This document shows, one piece after another, positions 17,455-27,306 of a DNA stretch of 35,255 nucleotides (position 1 is its first letter; each line of letters opens with the position of its first letter). Under the pieces are notes generated by a model. The model had not been told where the DNA came from, searched no databases, and saw only the letters and a list, made by a program, of their open reading frames with translations. Position numbers and translations under genes: made by a program. Origin of the DNA: Ruminococcus sp. (GTDB lineage: Bacteria > Bacillota > Clostridia > Oscillospirales > Ruminococcaceae); contig JAIDNR010000308.1 of assembly GCA_029063695.1 (NCBI GenBank), positions 1 through 35,255 of the forward strand. The letters run 5' to 3'.

Positions 17455-17862
17455 TTACATCTGATGAATGTCATAGAAAACAACTTTATACATACCATTG
17501 CTATAAATGAAATCCAGCATCAATGTTAAATCAGTCGGCAGAAGGTCACAGTCATAATGAAAATCATAACTTTCTTCATAATACAAGATAAGTTCACGTT
17601 CATATTTACTGCCGTCTTTATAGGTTATATCGGGTATTTCAGCTATATCGTATGGTGAAATTCTAATATCGTTGTCTTTCATATCCATTTCCATTGTTTC
17701 AGCAAGTTCATTCAGATTTTCTTTTGCCCAGCCATTATCAAAATCATCAACAATCGAAAATACTCCCTCATAATCTCCAGCTGCAAGCATATCAACAATT
17801 TTCTTATCGTATTCTCTTGCCATTTTCTCATTTTCTTCACGTATTTCCGAATACTTAAACAT
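17455..17862 (-). CDS. Acidic hypothetical protein (135 aa)
   Basis: ATG at 17862 preceded by AGGAGG overlapping the rluD stop; fills the gap between rluD and HAD gene. Confidence 0.7.
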   Translation of the reverse strand: MFKYSEIREENEKMAREYDKKIVDMLAAGDYEGVFSIVDDFDNGWAKENLNELAETMEMDMKDNDIRISPYDIAEIPDITYKDGSKYERELILYYEESYDFHYDCDLLPTDLTLMLDFIYSNGMYKVVFYDIHQM

Positions 17863-17872
17863 ATCCTGCCTC

Positions 17873-18787
17873 CTATTGCTTTTCAAGCTTATTAAGTACT
17901 GAAACAAAATAGTCGGGAAGTTCACTTGTAAACTCCATATACTCATTTGCAGTCGGGTGAATAAATCCTATTTTACGTGCGTGAAGGCACTGCCCATCAA
18001 TACCCTTGTAAGCCTTGCCGTAAACGTCGTCGCCCAGTACAGCATGACCGATATATGCCAGATGTACACGTATCTGATGTGTGCGACCTGTTTCAAGTCT
18101 CAATCTTACATGAGCATATCCGCCGTACTGCTTTATTACGCTGTAATGAGTAACAGCATTTCTGGAGTTCTCAGAAGTAACACACATTTTTTTGCGTTCA
18201 GTTTTATGCCGTCCTATTGGTGCGTCTATTTTACCTTCTGTTTCTTTGAAGTACCCCGATGCAATAGCTTCATACTCTCTTGTAAAGCTGTGAGCCTTAA
18301 TCTGTTCAGCAAGATGAAGGTGTGATTTATCATTTTTTGCAACGATAAGAAGTCCGCTTGTATTCTTATCAATTCTGTGGACAATTCCCGGACGGATTAT
18401 GCCGTTTATTCCCGAAAGACTGTCTCCGCAGTGATAAAGCAAGGCATTAACAAGAGTACCCGTATAATTGCCGTGCGCAGGGTGAACAACCATACCTTTC
18501 GGCTTATTCACAACAAGCAAGTCATCATCTTCATAGACAATATCAAGCGGAATATTTTCGGGTACAGCGTCCATCGGCTGAGGCTCGGGCAGTTCAACAG
18601 TAATTATTTCACTGCCTTTGATTCTGTAATTCTTGCTGATTTCCGCACCGTCCGCAAGAACTCCGCCCGATGAAATAATTCCCTGAACTGCCGAACGTGT
18701 GAGGTCTGAAATACTGTCCGAAATGTACTTATCTATTCTTGCTCCCGAATCATCGGATACGCATTGAATCGTAATAATTTCACTCAT
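17873..18787 (-). CDS. rluD: RluA/RluD family 23S rRNA pseudouridine synthase
   Basis: S4 domain, VVNKPKGMVVHP, GIVHRIDKNTSG, LETGRTHQIRVH; follows lspA. Confidence 0.93.
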   Translation of the reverse strand: MSEIITIQCVSDDSGARIDKYISDSISDLTRSAVQGIISSGGVLADGAEISKNYRIKGSEIITVELPEPQPMDAVPENIPLDIVYEDDDLLVVNKPKGMVVHPAHGNYTGTLVNALLYHCGDSLSGINGIIRPGIVHRIDKNTSGLLIVAKNDKSHLHLAEQIKAHSFTREYEAIASGYFKETEGKIDAPIGRHKTERKKMCVTSENSRNAVTHYSVIKQYGGYAHVRLRLETGRTHQIRVHLAYIGHAVLGDDVYGKAYKGIDGQCLHARKIGFIHPTANEYMEFTSELPDYFVSVLNKLEKQ

Positions 18788-19283
18788 TTTTTTCAGCCTC
18801 TGTAATTTTTTTTGCTTTTTCGGCTTTCGGTTCTATAAAAAGTATATACACAAATATCATTACAAATGCACACGTTACGCATATATCGGCAACATTGAAT
18901 ATTGCAAAATGGAAAAGCTTTATTTCAAACATATCAACCACATAGCCGAAATGTATACGGTCTATAAGATTTCCTGTTCCGCCTGCAACAAAAAGCATGA
19001 TACAGAAACTAAGCAGCTTTGATTTCCTGACAGAAAAAAACATAGCGATGATTCCTATGACGATTATAATTGAAGTAAATCCGATAAGAAACCATTTCTG
19101 CCCTGACATACTGCCGAAAATTGCACCGTCATTTTCAAGATAAGTCAAATCAATTATCTTGAAATCACCGAATTTAATAAAATCCATAGTATGCACGGGC
19201 TGTAGCGTATCAACCGCCCAGTTTTTCACAAACCTGTCAATTGCAATAAGAACAAGAGCCGCTATAATAAGCAGTATACTCAT
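18780..19283 (-). CDS. lspA: Lipoprotein signal peptidase II
   Basis: ENDGAIFG, GGTGNLIDR, GYVVDM, AIFNVAD; ATG 19283 with GAAAGGA RBS. Confidence 0.93.
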   Translation of the reverse strand: MSILLIIAALVLIAIDRFVKNWAVDTLQPVHTMDFIKFGDFKIIDLTYLENDGAIFGSMSGQKWFLIGFTSIIIVIGIIAMFFSVRKSKLLSFCIMLFVAGGTGNLIDRIHFGYVVDMFEIKLFHFAIFNVADICVTCAFVMIFVYILFIEPKAEKAKKITEAEKNE

Positions 19284-19300
19284 ATCTTTCCTTTCACAAC

Positions 19301-19331
19301 ACTGCCTGCTGAAACATAAACAGCAGGCAGT
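19301..19331 (-). terminator. Stem-loop between ileS and lspA (attenuating or stabilising hairpin)
   Basis: 11-bp perfect stem ACTGCCTGCTG/CAGCAGGCAGT; no strong T-run. Confidence 0.55.
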
Positions 19332-19343
19332 ATTATTCATGAT

Positions 19344-22115
19344 TTATGCTTCAACAACAACAGCACATCTTTCACAGAGTGCAGGGTGATTGCAGTTTGT
19401 GCCTACGTATTTTGAATAGCACCAGCATCTCTCACACTTGCCGCCGTCTGCCTTTCCGACTTCAAATACCGTCTCAGCATCTGATTTTTCTACAGATATA
19501 TCAGATACAATAAGAATCTCCTTGAGCTGTTCCGAAAGTGCGGAATATCTGTCATAATCGGCATCACTGCTCCTGATTACGATTTTAGCTTCAAGTGATT
19601 TACCGATTGTCTTTGTATTTCTTGCTTCTTCAAGCGACTTGTTTGCAGCTTCACGTGCATTATAGATAAATTCCCACTTGCTGATAAATTCGTCGCTGAA
19701 CTCAATATCTGATTTTTCAGGCATCTGATTAAGGAATACACTTTCTGTATCGTCCTCTGAACTGTGAGGCATGAAATTCCAGATTTCTTCTGCTGTGAAC
19801 GAAATAATCGGAGCTGAAAGACGTGTAATTGCACTGAGAATGCGATACATTACAGTCTGAGCTGCACGGCGGATTTCTGAATCCTCTTTTTCGCAGTAAA
19901 GTCTGTCCTTGATGATGTCAAGATAGAAATTTGACATATCAACTACACAGAAATTATGGATTGCATGGAATGCAATATGGAAATCGTATTTCTCATATCC
20001 GCCCTTTACTTCGTCAATAAGCTTGTCAAGCTTCATCATTGCCCACTTGTCAAGTTCTGTAAGCTTATCGTCGGAAACACTGTCTTTATCGGGATTAAAT
20101 CCACTGCCGTTTCCGAGATTTCCAAGAATGAATCTTGCTGTATTTCTGATTTTCTTGTAAGCATCAGAAAGCTGACCGAGAATTGTCTTTGAAATTCTGA
20201 TGTCGCTATGATAGTCGGAAGATGCTACCCACAGTCTGAGAATATCAGCACCGTACTGATCTGTGATTTCGTGGGGGTCAATACCGTTTCCGAGTGACTT
20301 GTGCATTACTTTGCCTTCGCCGTCAACAACCCAGCCGTGTGTACATACTGCCTTGTAAGGTGCACAGCCGTGATATACAACAGATGTGAGAAGTGACGAC
20401 TGGAACCAGCCTCTGTACTGGTCCGCACCCTCCAAGTACAAATCAGCAGGGAAACTGAGACAGTCAAACTGCTCCATAACAGAAGTATGTGATACGCCGC
20501 TGTCAAACCATACATCCATGATGTCATATTCTTTTGTAAATTCACCACAGCCACATTCGCACTTGACTGTTGACGGAATAAATTCGCTTACTTCCCTTGT
20601 CCACCATGCGTCCGAACCCTCTGCTCGGAACAAATCAGCAATTGCCTTGATTGTTTCATCTGTATAAATCGGCTTTCCGCAGTCCTTACAGTAGATTACA
20701 GGAATTGGCACACCCCATGTTCTCTGACGTGAAATGCACCAGTCGCTTCTGTCACGAACCATTCCTTTGATTCTGTCCTCGCCCCATTCAGGAATCCACT
20801 GAACATCTTCAATAGCCTTGACTGCTTCATCCCTGAATCCGTTTACAGAACAGAACCACTGTTCTGTTGCACGATAAATAATAGGACTGTTGCATCTCCA
20901 GCAGTGCGGATATTGATGGACGATTTTCTGTGTTGCAAGCATTGCACCGACTTCAACCAGTTTTTCGGCAATAGCCTTGTTAGCCTCATCGGTGTCCATC
21001 CCCTCAAACTCACCTGCTTCGGCAGTCTGTCTGCCCTTTGAATCAACGCACACAATGATACCGATGTCATCGTAATTCTTGCATACTTCAAAGTCCTCTA
21101 CACCATATCCAGGAGCAGTATGAACACAGCCTGTACCGCTTTCAAGAGTTACATGGTCGCCGACGATAATCGGTGACGAGCGGTCATAGAGAGGGTGCTT
21201 TGTTTTCATGCATTCCAGTTCAGCACCTGTGAAAATATGTTCTGTTGTATATTCTGTAATACCTGCTGTTTCCATTGTAGTCTTTACAAGTTCCTCAGCC
21301 ATAACATAATACTCACCGTTTGCATTTACAAGAGTATAGTTATATTCAGGTCCGAGACAGATTGCAAGGTTACCAGGAATTGTCCATGTAGTTGTTGTCC
21401 AGATTACGAAATAAATCTTAGAAATATCAAGTCCGAGATTTGTGAAAATACCCTTGTCGTCGATTACATTGAATTTTACATAGATTGAATAGCAAGGGTC
21501 ATTTGAATACTCGATTTCAGCTTCAGCAAGTGCGGTATTGCAGTCGGGACACCAGTAAACAGGCTTAAGACCTTTATACATATAGCCTTTCTTTGCCATT
21601 GCACCGAAAACTTCCACCTGTCTTGCTTCATAATCGGGACGAAGTGTAAGATAAGGATAATCGTAATCGCCGAGAGAACCAAGTCTTTTGAACTGCTTCA
21701 TCTGATTTGCAACGTGTGTCATAGCGTAGTCATGACAGTGCTTTCTGAGTTCAACAGGCGGAATTGCTCCGTTCTCAACGCCGATAGCTTTCATTGCTTT
21801 GAGTTCAATCGGCAGACCATGAGTATCCCAACCGGGAACATAAGGTGAACAGAAACCGCTCATATTCTTGTATTTCACAATAAAATCCTTGAGAGTTTTA
21901 TTGAGTGCAGTCCCGAGATGAATTTCACCGTTTGCATAAGGCGGGCCGTCATGGAGAATAAATGTAGGCTTACCTGCATTTTTTTCAATCATTTTATAAT
22001 AAAGTCTGTTGTTTTCCCATTTTTCAAGAGTTTCAGGCTCTCTTTTCGGAAGATTTCCACGCATTGGGAAATCGGTTTTAGGTAAATTTATAGTTGCATT
22101 ATAATCTTGTGCCAT
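19344..22115 (-). CDS. ileS: Isoleucine--tRNA ligase (type 1)
   Basis: LHDGPPYANG, PGWDTHGLPIE, WTTTTWTIPGN, GTGCVHTAP, DWCISRQRTWG, C-terminal CERCW...CERC zinc finger; ATG 22115 with AGGAG RBS. Confidence 0.97.
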   Translation of the reverse strand: MAQDYNATINLPKTDFPMRGNLPKREPETLEKWENNRLYYKMIEKNAGKPTFILHDGPPYANGEIHLGTALNKTLKDFIVKYKNMSGFCSPYVPGWDTHGLPIELKAMKAIGVENGAIPPVELRKHCHDYAMTHVANQMKQFKRLGSLGDYDYPYLTLRPDYEARQVEVFGAMAKKGYMYKGLKPVYWCPDCNTALAEAEIEYSNDPCYSIYVKFNVIDDKGIFTNLGLDISKIYFVIWTTTTWTIPGNLAICLGPEYNYTLVNANGEYYVMAEELVKTTMETAGITEYTTEHIFTGAELECMKTKHPLYDRSSPIIVGDHVTLESGTGCVHTAPGYGVEDFEVCKNYDDIGIIVCVDSKGRQTAEAGEFEGMDTDEANKAIAEKLVEVGAMLATQKIVHQYPHCWRCNSPIIYRATEQWFCSVNGFRDEAVKAIEDVQWIPEWGEDRIKGMVRDRSDWCISRQRTWGVPIPVIYCKDCGKPIYTDETIKAIADLFRAEGSDAWWTREVSEFIPSTVKCECGCGEFTKEYDIMDVWFDSGVSHTSVMEQFDCLSFPADLYLEGADQYRGWFQSSLLTSVVYHGCAPYKAVCTHGWVVDGEGKVMHKSLGNGIDPHEITDQYGADILRLWVASSDYHSDIRISKTILGQLSDAYKKIRNTARFILGNLGNGSGFNPDKDSVSDDKLTELDKWAMMKLDKLIDEVKGGYEKYDFHIAFHAIHNFCVVDMSNFYLDIIKDRLYCEKEDSEIRRAAQTVMYRILSAITRLSAPIISFTAEEIWNFMPHSSEDDTESVFLNQMPEKSDIEFSDEFISKWEFIYNAREAANKSLEEARNTKTIGKSLEAKIVIRSSDADYDRYSALSEQLKEILIVSDISVEKSDAETVFEVGKADGGKCERCWCYSKYVGTNCNHPALCERCAVVVEA

Positions 22116-22147
22116 TGGTATCACACTCCTTTAAATTATATCAATTA

Positions 22148-22687
22148 TTAATCATTACCGCCTGCAACGGCAGCTGCAATTTCTTCAGCAGTTTCTTCTT
22201 CATATTCATAAGCTTCAGGCATAGTTGAAATCATTTCAAGATGAGACTTGTACATATCAAAAAGACTCTTTTTGAAGTCTGAAACCTGACGGCGTGCTTC
22301 AATAAGACTTTCCTGCTCCTTGGCAATTTCAGCTCTGTTCTTTTCCATTGCAACAGCGTGCTGACGTACAGCCTCGTCCTCAAGTTCATCAGCCTTAGCC
22401 TGAGCCTCAGCAATAATCTTTTCAGCCTTTGTATTGGCATCATTGATAATTTCATACTTCTGTTTCTGAACAGTAAGAAGAGCGTCCTTGATAGCATCTT
22501 CGTCTTTCATGTATTCTCTGACCTTATCAGCAAGAATCTGGATTTTACTGTTGGCTTCCGTACGCTCACGTTCCATTTCGTCGAGTTCCGCTTCAAGCTG
22601 AGAAAGAAACTCGTCAATTTCTTCCTGCTTATAGCCGAAAGCAGCTTTTTCAAATCTTTTATTTCTTACATCTTTAGAAGTAATCAT
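22148..22687 (-). CDS. divIVA: DivIVA domain cell-division protein
   Basis: ITSKDVRNKRFEKAAFGYKQEEIDEFL plus coiled coil; ylmH-divIVA-ileS synteny. Confidence 0.88.
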   Translation of the reverse strand: MITSKDVRNKRFEKAAFGYKQEEIDEFLSQLEAELDEMERERTEANSKIQILADKVREYMKDEDAIKDALLTVQKQKYEIINDANTKAEKIIAEAQAKADELEDEAVRQHAVAMEKNRAEIAKEQESLIEARRQVSDFKKSLFDMYKSHLEMISTMPEAYEYEEETAEEIAAAVAGGND

Positions 22688-22705
22688 AAATTATTCACCT
22701 CTGAA

Positions 22706-23470
22706 TTAAATATATTTTTTCAAAATAATGCGTATACGGCTCTTTTTTGTCAAGCCGTTCACAGCCGAAAGAATAAATCTTCCGAAGCCACGAATTGAAA
22801 GTATATCGCCCTCTTTGAGTTCATGGGAAACAGAGGAGACAGTAAAATGATTAACGTCAACTCTGTCCGCACGTATAAATGAAACTGCTTTTTCACGGCT
22901 TATATTTGCAGCAAGTGCGGTTATACAGTCAAGTCTGAGAGAAGCAACAGTACCGCCTATATCCCTAAACTGCTGTATATCAGAAAGAGAAAGCTCGAAA
23001 TCACGGCTGTCAGATACTTTTATGCCTGTTCTGCCGATTTTTGAAACAGATGATAAAATATCCTTTGCAGCAACTTCTGTAACAGCGGTTTGTGCAATTC
23101 CTTCTGAAACGACTATATCACCTATAGTATCTCTTTTAAGCATAAGCCCCATAAAAGAACCCAGAAAATCACGGTGATTCAACCTATCTTCTTTCCGATA
23201 AGTAAAAGTAAGACATTTTATCGGAAATTCATCTTTTATATAATCTTCACAGTAATCGGGATAAACGGCAAGCATTTTTCGGTTTGCCTCATGAAAACCG
23301 CCGTGAAACGTGTAATGCAGTCCGCCTGTATTGCGTCTGCACCACATTTCAGCTTCTGCACATTGTCTTTCATCAAAAAACGACGAAAAAACACTGTAAC
23401 CGTCTCTTTCACAGCGGTTAACCATATCAGCCAGCTTTGCGAAAAAAATTCTGTCTGTCTGTTCCGTCAT
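22706..23470 (-). CDS. ylmH: YlmH family S4 RNA-binding protein
   Basis: HRDFLGS, TIGDI, VASLRLD, GDILSIRGFGRF. Confidence 0.9.
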   Translation of the reverse strand: MTEQTDRIFFAKLADMVNRCERDGYSVFSSFFDERQCAEAEMWCRRNTGGLHYTFHGGFHEANRKMLAVYPDYCEDYIKDEFPIKCLTFTYRKEDRLNHRDFLGSFMGLMLKRDTIGDIVVSEGIAQTAVTEVAAKDILSSVSKIGRTGIKVSDSRDFELSLSDIQQFRDIGGTVASLRLDCITALAANISREKAVSFIRADRVDVNHFTVSSVSHELKEGDILSIRGFGRFILSAVNGLTKKSRIRIILKKYI

Positions 23471-23982
23471 CAGATAAATACACCGTTGTTTTCAAGCTCT
23501 CCGACTAAATCCTCACCGATAAATCCGACGTTGTAAGGAGTTATAATATAAGTGAGATTTGCAACAGGTTTGAGACTTCCGCCGTTTGCATAGGCAACAC
23601 CTACAAGAAAGTCAATAATTCTTCTCTTGTTTTCGGGAGATGCGGTTTCAAGGTTGAGAACAACTGTTTTCTTTGCAATAAGATGGTCTGCAATCTGTTT
23701 TGCATCGGTAAAAGCGGACGGCTTTACAAGTACAACTTGAAGCTGTGCTGTTGTCTGGATATTAACAACCTTATTTCTTCTTCCGCTGCCTGTATCAGGA
23801 GCAGACTCTTCATATTCAGCAGGTGTGTTATTACTTATATTCTGGTTGCTGTTGTATGCAGCAGACGATGCTGCTGCCCTCTCACTTCTTGAATCAGACG
23901 ATGCGGGAGCTGCTGCGGATACTTCTTCCTCATCTTCATCGGAAGCAAAAAAGAAATCCTTGATATTGTCAAAAATCTTCAT
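23470..23982 (-). CDS. sepF: Cell division protein SepF
   Basis: N-terminal amphipathic helix, KQIADHL..KKTVVLNLE, RRIIDFLVGVAYA; ATG 23982 with GGAG RBS. Confidence 0.92.
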   Translation of the reverse strand: MKIFDNIKDFFFASDEDEEEVSAAAPASSDSRSERAAASSAAYNSNQNISNNTPAEYEESAPDTGSGRRNKVVNIQTTAQLQVVLVKPSAFTDAKQIADHLIAKKTVVLNLETASPENKRRIIDFLVGVAYANGGSLKPVANLTYIITPYNVGFIGEDLVGELENNGVFI

Positions 23983-24067
23983 AATTTTTCTCCATTCTCC
24001 GCATATGCTTATATTTTTCGCTTCACTGGATTCATGCGGAAAATCCGGAAACATATTGTCCTGAATA

Positions 24068-24763
24068 TTAATAATTCCTTTTGCCGAAAAGTCCTGTGCC
24101 GATTCTTACAATGGTAGCACCATGTATAATTGCCTGCTGATAATCATGAGTCATTCCCATTGAAAGCTCGTCCATAGAAACGTTTTGTATTCCGGCAGAT
24201 TTTATCTTATTGAACAGTTCTTCCATTCTTCCGAGAAAAATATCACTGTCAGAAGGCGGCGGAATTGTCATAAGTCCTTTTACTCTTATTCCTTCCATGC
24301 CTGAAATCTGTTCAAGCAGACGTTTCAGATTATCGGGTGAAACACCGCTTTTTGAATCCTCTCCGCCTATATTCACCTCACAGAGAACGTCCATAATTTT
24401 ATTATGGGCAATTGCAAGGCGGTTTATTTCCTGAGCGAGTTTCAGACTGTCAACAGACTGAATCACGCTCACAGGTTCTATAATATATTTTACTTTATTA
24501 GTCTGTAAGTGACCGATAAAATGTATCTGAGCAGACTTTTCGTAAACTTCCTGCTTTGAAAGAAATTCCTGCACTCTGTTTTCACCGAGAAGTGTAAGTC
24601 CAAGCGATACAGCATGATTTACAATTTCAGGTGCAACTGTTTTTGTCACAGCCATAAGACGGACAGAATCTGTGCATCTTCCGCATTTTTCAGCAGTTTC
24701 AGCAATATTTTCACGTATTGCCCTCAGATTTTCATTTACATATTCATAGCAGTTCTCAGCCAT
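24068..24763 (-). CDS. yggS: YggS/PLPBP pyridoxal phosphate homeostasis protein
   Basis: LMAVTKT, LGENRVQE, HFIGHLQTNKVK, KGLMTIP, LSMGM, VRIGTGLFG; start moved to ATG 24763. Confidence 0.93.
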   Translation of the reverse strand: MAENCYEYVNENLRAIRENIAETAEKCGRCTDSVRLMAVTKTVAPEIVNHAVSLGLTLLGENRVQEFLSKQEVYEKSAQIHFIGHLQTNKVKYIIEPVSVIQSVDSLKLAQEINRLAIAHNKIMDVLCEVNIGGEDSKSGVSPDNLKRLLEQISGMEGIRVKGLMTIPPPSDSDIFLGRMEELFNKIKSAGIQNVSMDELSMGMTHDYQQAIIHGATIVRIGTGLFGKRNY

Positions 24764-26018
24764 TTTCTTCACCCTCAGTAATAATATCGTCATAAAGTGC
24801 AAGATAACCCGAATCATTGTCATGCACTCTTGAAAGAACGTAGTCGCTTCCCTCATAGATGACATCTATTTTCTTAAAAACAATCTGTTCACCTTTGAGT
24901 ATACGCACGCCTTTATAATTTGTTATCGCACTTCCGATGACTTCGCCGTTTTCATCATATACATTTTCTTCAATGTCGTCAAAACGTATTGATTCACGAG
25001 GAACTTTAAGTCCGCTGTATTCACCCTTTATCAACTTTGCATTTTCCGCACGGTGCTGAACAAGGTCATAATTGAATTGACTGCATTCTATAATAATTAT
25101 ACTCTGCTCAGGGTCACCCTCATCACGGACAGAATTTATCACAGCATCAAAAGTTTCATCAGATGAATCAAATTTAATCTGTACATAATTTCCGGCTGCA
25201 TATTCTTTTCTTGAATTGTCAACAACTCCTGCAAGATACCAACTATAGCCGTCAATCATCTTGCCTACTATTGTATTGTCATTGCTTCTGCGGTCTGTTA
25301 TACTATTTATGTCGGCAATTGTGATTTCATCAAGCCTGTCCGGAGTCAGTTCCGACTCATAGCCGTCACAGTAGCTTACAAAGTATGCCGACTCTTTCGA
25401 GGAAACAAGTTCCGAAGGCGTGATTGATTCTGCCTTAATCTCCGCAAGTTCCGCATTTATGTCAGTAATCTGCTGTTCAAATCCCGTAACACTCTTTGTG
25501 ATAATCTGATATGTACTCATCTGCACAAGTAGATTTTCCATTTCGTTCCTGAGTTCGTCATAATTATGCATATCACGGCTGTAAATAAGACTTCTGTAGC
25601 TTTCGCCTATATTTTCGGAAAGACTTGCCGGCTGTGCGGATTCAAAAGTACCGGGATTCTGGATTTTTTTCAGTATGGCGAGTTTTTTTTCAAGACGGTT
25701 TATTTCCCTGTTTCTGCCTATCTGCGTATCATCGGGATAAACTTCTGCAATAACAGTATCACTTCCGACTTTTCCGCCGTCCGCAACATTATAACTAAGA
25801 ACTCCGTTTCCGCTGAATGTAACGACTCTTTCGGCTCTTATGAAAACGCCTTTGAAATCCTTTGACGAAACAGCCTCCGACATAAGTGCGGTTTCTGTCG
25901 CCATCTGCTTGTTATTGAAATTATATACAATGCTGATAAAAACAATCAGAAGCAATATCAGAACGCCGTTTCTCAGAAGTTTGACAATGAATCCGCTGTC
26001 CGATTTGTTTGAACGCAT
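24756..26018 (-). CDS. HlyD/membrane-fusion-like protein with N-terminal TM anchor
   Basis: TM helix; GVFIRAERVV...GVLSYNVADGGKV barrel-sandwich half, helical hairpin, second half AYFVSYCDGYE, GLKVPRESI, LYDDII. Confidence 0.7.
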   Translation of the reverse strand: MRSNKSDSGFIVKLLRNGVLILLLIVFISIVYNFNNKQMATETALMSEAVSSKDFKGVFIRAERVVTFSGNGVLSYNVADGGKVGSDTVIAEVYPDDTQIGRNREINRLEKKLAILKKIQNPGTFESAQPASLSENIGESYRSLIYSRDMHNYDELRNEMENLLVQMSTYQIITKSVTGFEQQITDINAELAEIKAESITPSELVSSKESAYFVSYCDGYESELTPDRLDEITIADINSITDRRSNDNTIVGKMIDGYSWYLAGVVDNSRKEYAAGNYVQIKFDSSDETFDAVINSVRDEGDPEQSIIIIECSQFNYDLVQHRAENAKLIKGEYSGLKVPRESIRFDDIEENVYDENGEVIGSAITNYKGVRILKGEQIVFKKIDVIYEGSDYVLSRVHDNDSGYLALYDDIITEGEENG

Positions 26019-26030
26019 TCAGACCACCGA

Positions 26031-26270
26031 TTATTCGCTTTTTTCAGAAGCATCAAGAATGGAAACGGCTCTTGTCGGAATAATTGTCGAAATAGCGTGC
26101 TTATAAACAAGCTGCTGTTTGCCGTCACAGTCAAAAATCGCAACATAGCTGTCAAATCCTCTCACTATTCCCTTGAACTGAAAACCGTTAGTGAGGATAA
26201 TTGTAACAACAATCTTTTCCTTTCTGCACTGGTTAAGAAACACATCCTGTAAATTAATTGCTTTGTTCAT
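26031..26270 (-). CDS. hfq: RNA chaperone Hfq
   Basis: [36 protein letters not shown]; follows miaA. Confidence 0.95.
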   Translation of the reverse strand: MNKAINLQDVFLNQCRKEKIVVTIILTNGFQFKGIVRGFDSYVAIFDCDGKQQLVYKHAISTIIPTRAVSILDASEKSE

Positions 26271-26343
26271 ACACATTCTCCTGTTCTTTTTATTTTAATG
26301 TGTAAACTACTCAGGTTTCAAGAGATAGAAATACACACAATAC

Positions 26344-26372
26344 ATTATATCACATTATTCTGTAATTTTCTA
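26344..26372 (-). promoter_or_regulatory. Putative internal promoter for hfq overlapping miaA 3' end
   Basis: TAGAAA-17 nt-TATAAT with extended TG. Confidence 0.55.
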
Positions 26373-27294
26373 TAGCTTTTTCAGATTTTTCCAAAATTTC
26401 ATATTTTTGACTAAAATCATCAATAATAATCCACCTGATACGTTCATTTCTCCTAAACCATGTTAACTGACGCTTGGCATAACGTCTCGTTTCCTGCCTG
26501 ATTTTGTCAATACACTCATCAAGCGGCATAATATTTTCAAAATACGGAATAAGTTCTTTATAGCCTATTGCATTCGCTGCTGTTTTCATTCCACATTCCT
26601 GCCAGAGTGCTTTCGCCTCCTCAACAAGACCGTTCTGCACCATTATATCAACACGCTGATTTATTCTGTCATAAAGAACCGAACGTTCAGCAGCATTCAG
26701 ACCGAGAATAAGAGAATCATACGGACTTTCAACAAGTCTGCTTTCTGCTTTGAGTTCACTGAATTTACGTCCTGTTGTGTGCATTACTTCCAATGCACGG
26801 ACAACACGTACAAGATTATTTTCATGAATCGATTCAGCCGCTTCGGGGTCAGCATTGCACAAAAGTTCATATAGTACATGATTTCCCTGAGTACGTGCGA
26901 TTTCATAAAGCGATTCACGGTATTCATTATCGCTTTTTGCTTCCGAAAACTTCACGTTGTTCAGAAGCGAATCAATATAAAGTCCCGTTCCGCCGACTAT
27001 AATCGGAAGTTTTCCCCTGCCAAGAACCTCACGGATTTTTTCATTTGCAAGCTCAACATAATCGGCAACGCTGAACGGTATATTTCTGTCAAGAAAATCA
27101 ATAAGATGATGCGGTATACCCTGCATTTCCTCAGCAGTCGGTTTTGCGGAAGCTATATCCATTCCCTTATAAATCTGCATTGAATCAGCTGAAATAACCT
27201 CACCGTCATATTTTTTTGCAAGTTCAACTCCGAGCCACGTTTTACCCGAAGCAGTAGCACCGCATACTGCAAGTACAAACGACTTGTCACTCAT
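26350..27294 (-). CDS. miaA: tRNA dimethylallyltransferase
   Basis: GATASGKT, ISADSMQIY, IVGGTGLY, AIGYKE, TRRYAKRQLTWF. Confidence 0.96.
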   Translation of the reverse strand: MSDKSFVLAVCGATASGKTWLGVELAKKYDGEVISADSMQIYKGMDIASAKPTAEEMQGIPHHLIDFLDRNIPFSVADYVELANEKIREVLGRGKLPIIVGGTGLYIDSLLNNVKFSEAKSDNEYRESLYEIARTQGNHVLYELLCNADPEAAESIHENNLVRVVRALEVMHTTGRKFSELKAESRLVESPYDSLILGLNAAERSVLYDRINQRVDIMVQNGLVEEAKALWQECGMKTAANAIGYKELIPYFENIMPLDECIDKIRQETRRYAKRQLTWFRRNERIRWIIIDDFSQKYEILEKSEKAIENYRIM

Positions 27295-27306
27295 AATAAA
27301 TCACTC

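Noticed and set aside
22116-22147. T-box riboswitch upstream of ileS
   Set aside because: The divIVA-ileS gap is only 32 nt and shows no T-box motif
17863-24865. Longer N-terminal extensions in the ORF track for the hypothetical, lspA, ileS, sepF and yggS genes
   Set aside because: They overlap upstream genes or hairpins, or lack properly spaced RBSs; downstream ATGs fit better
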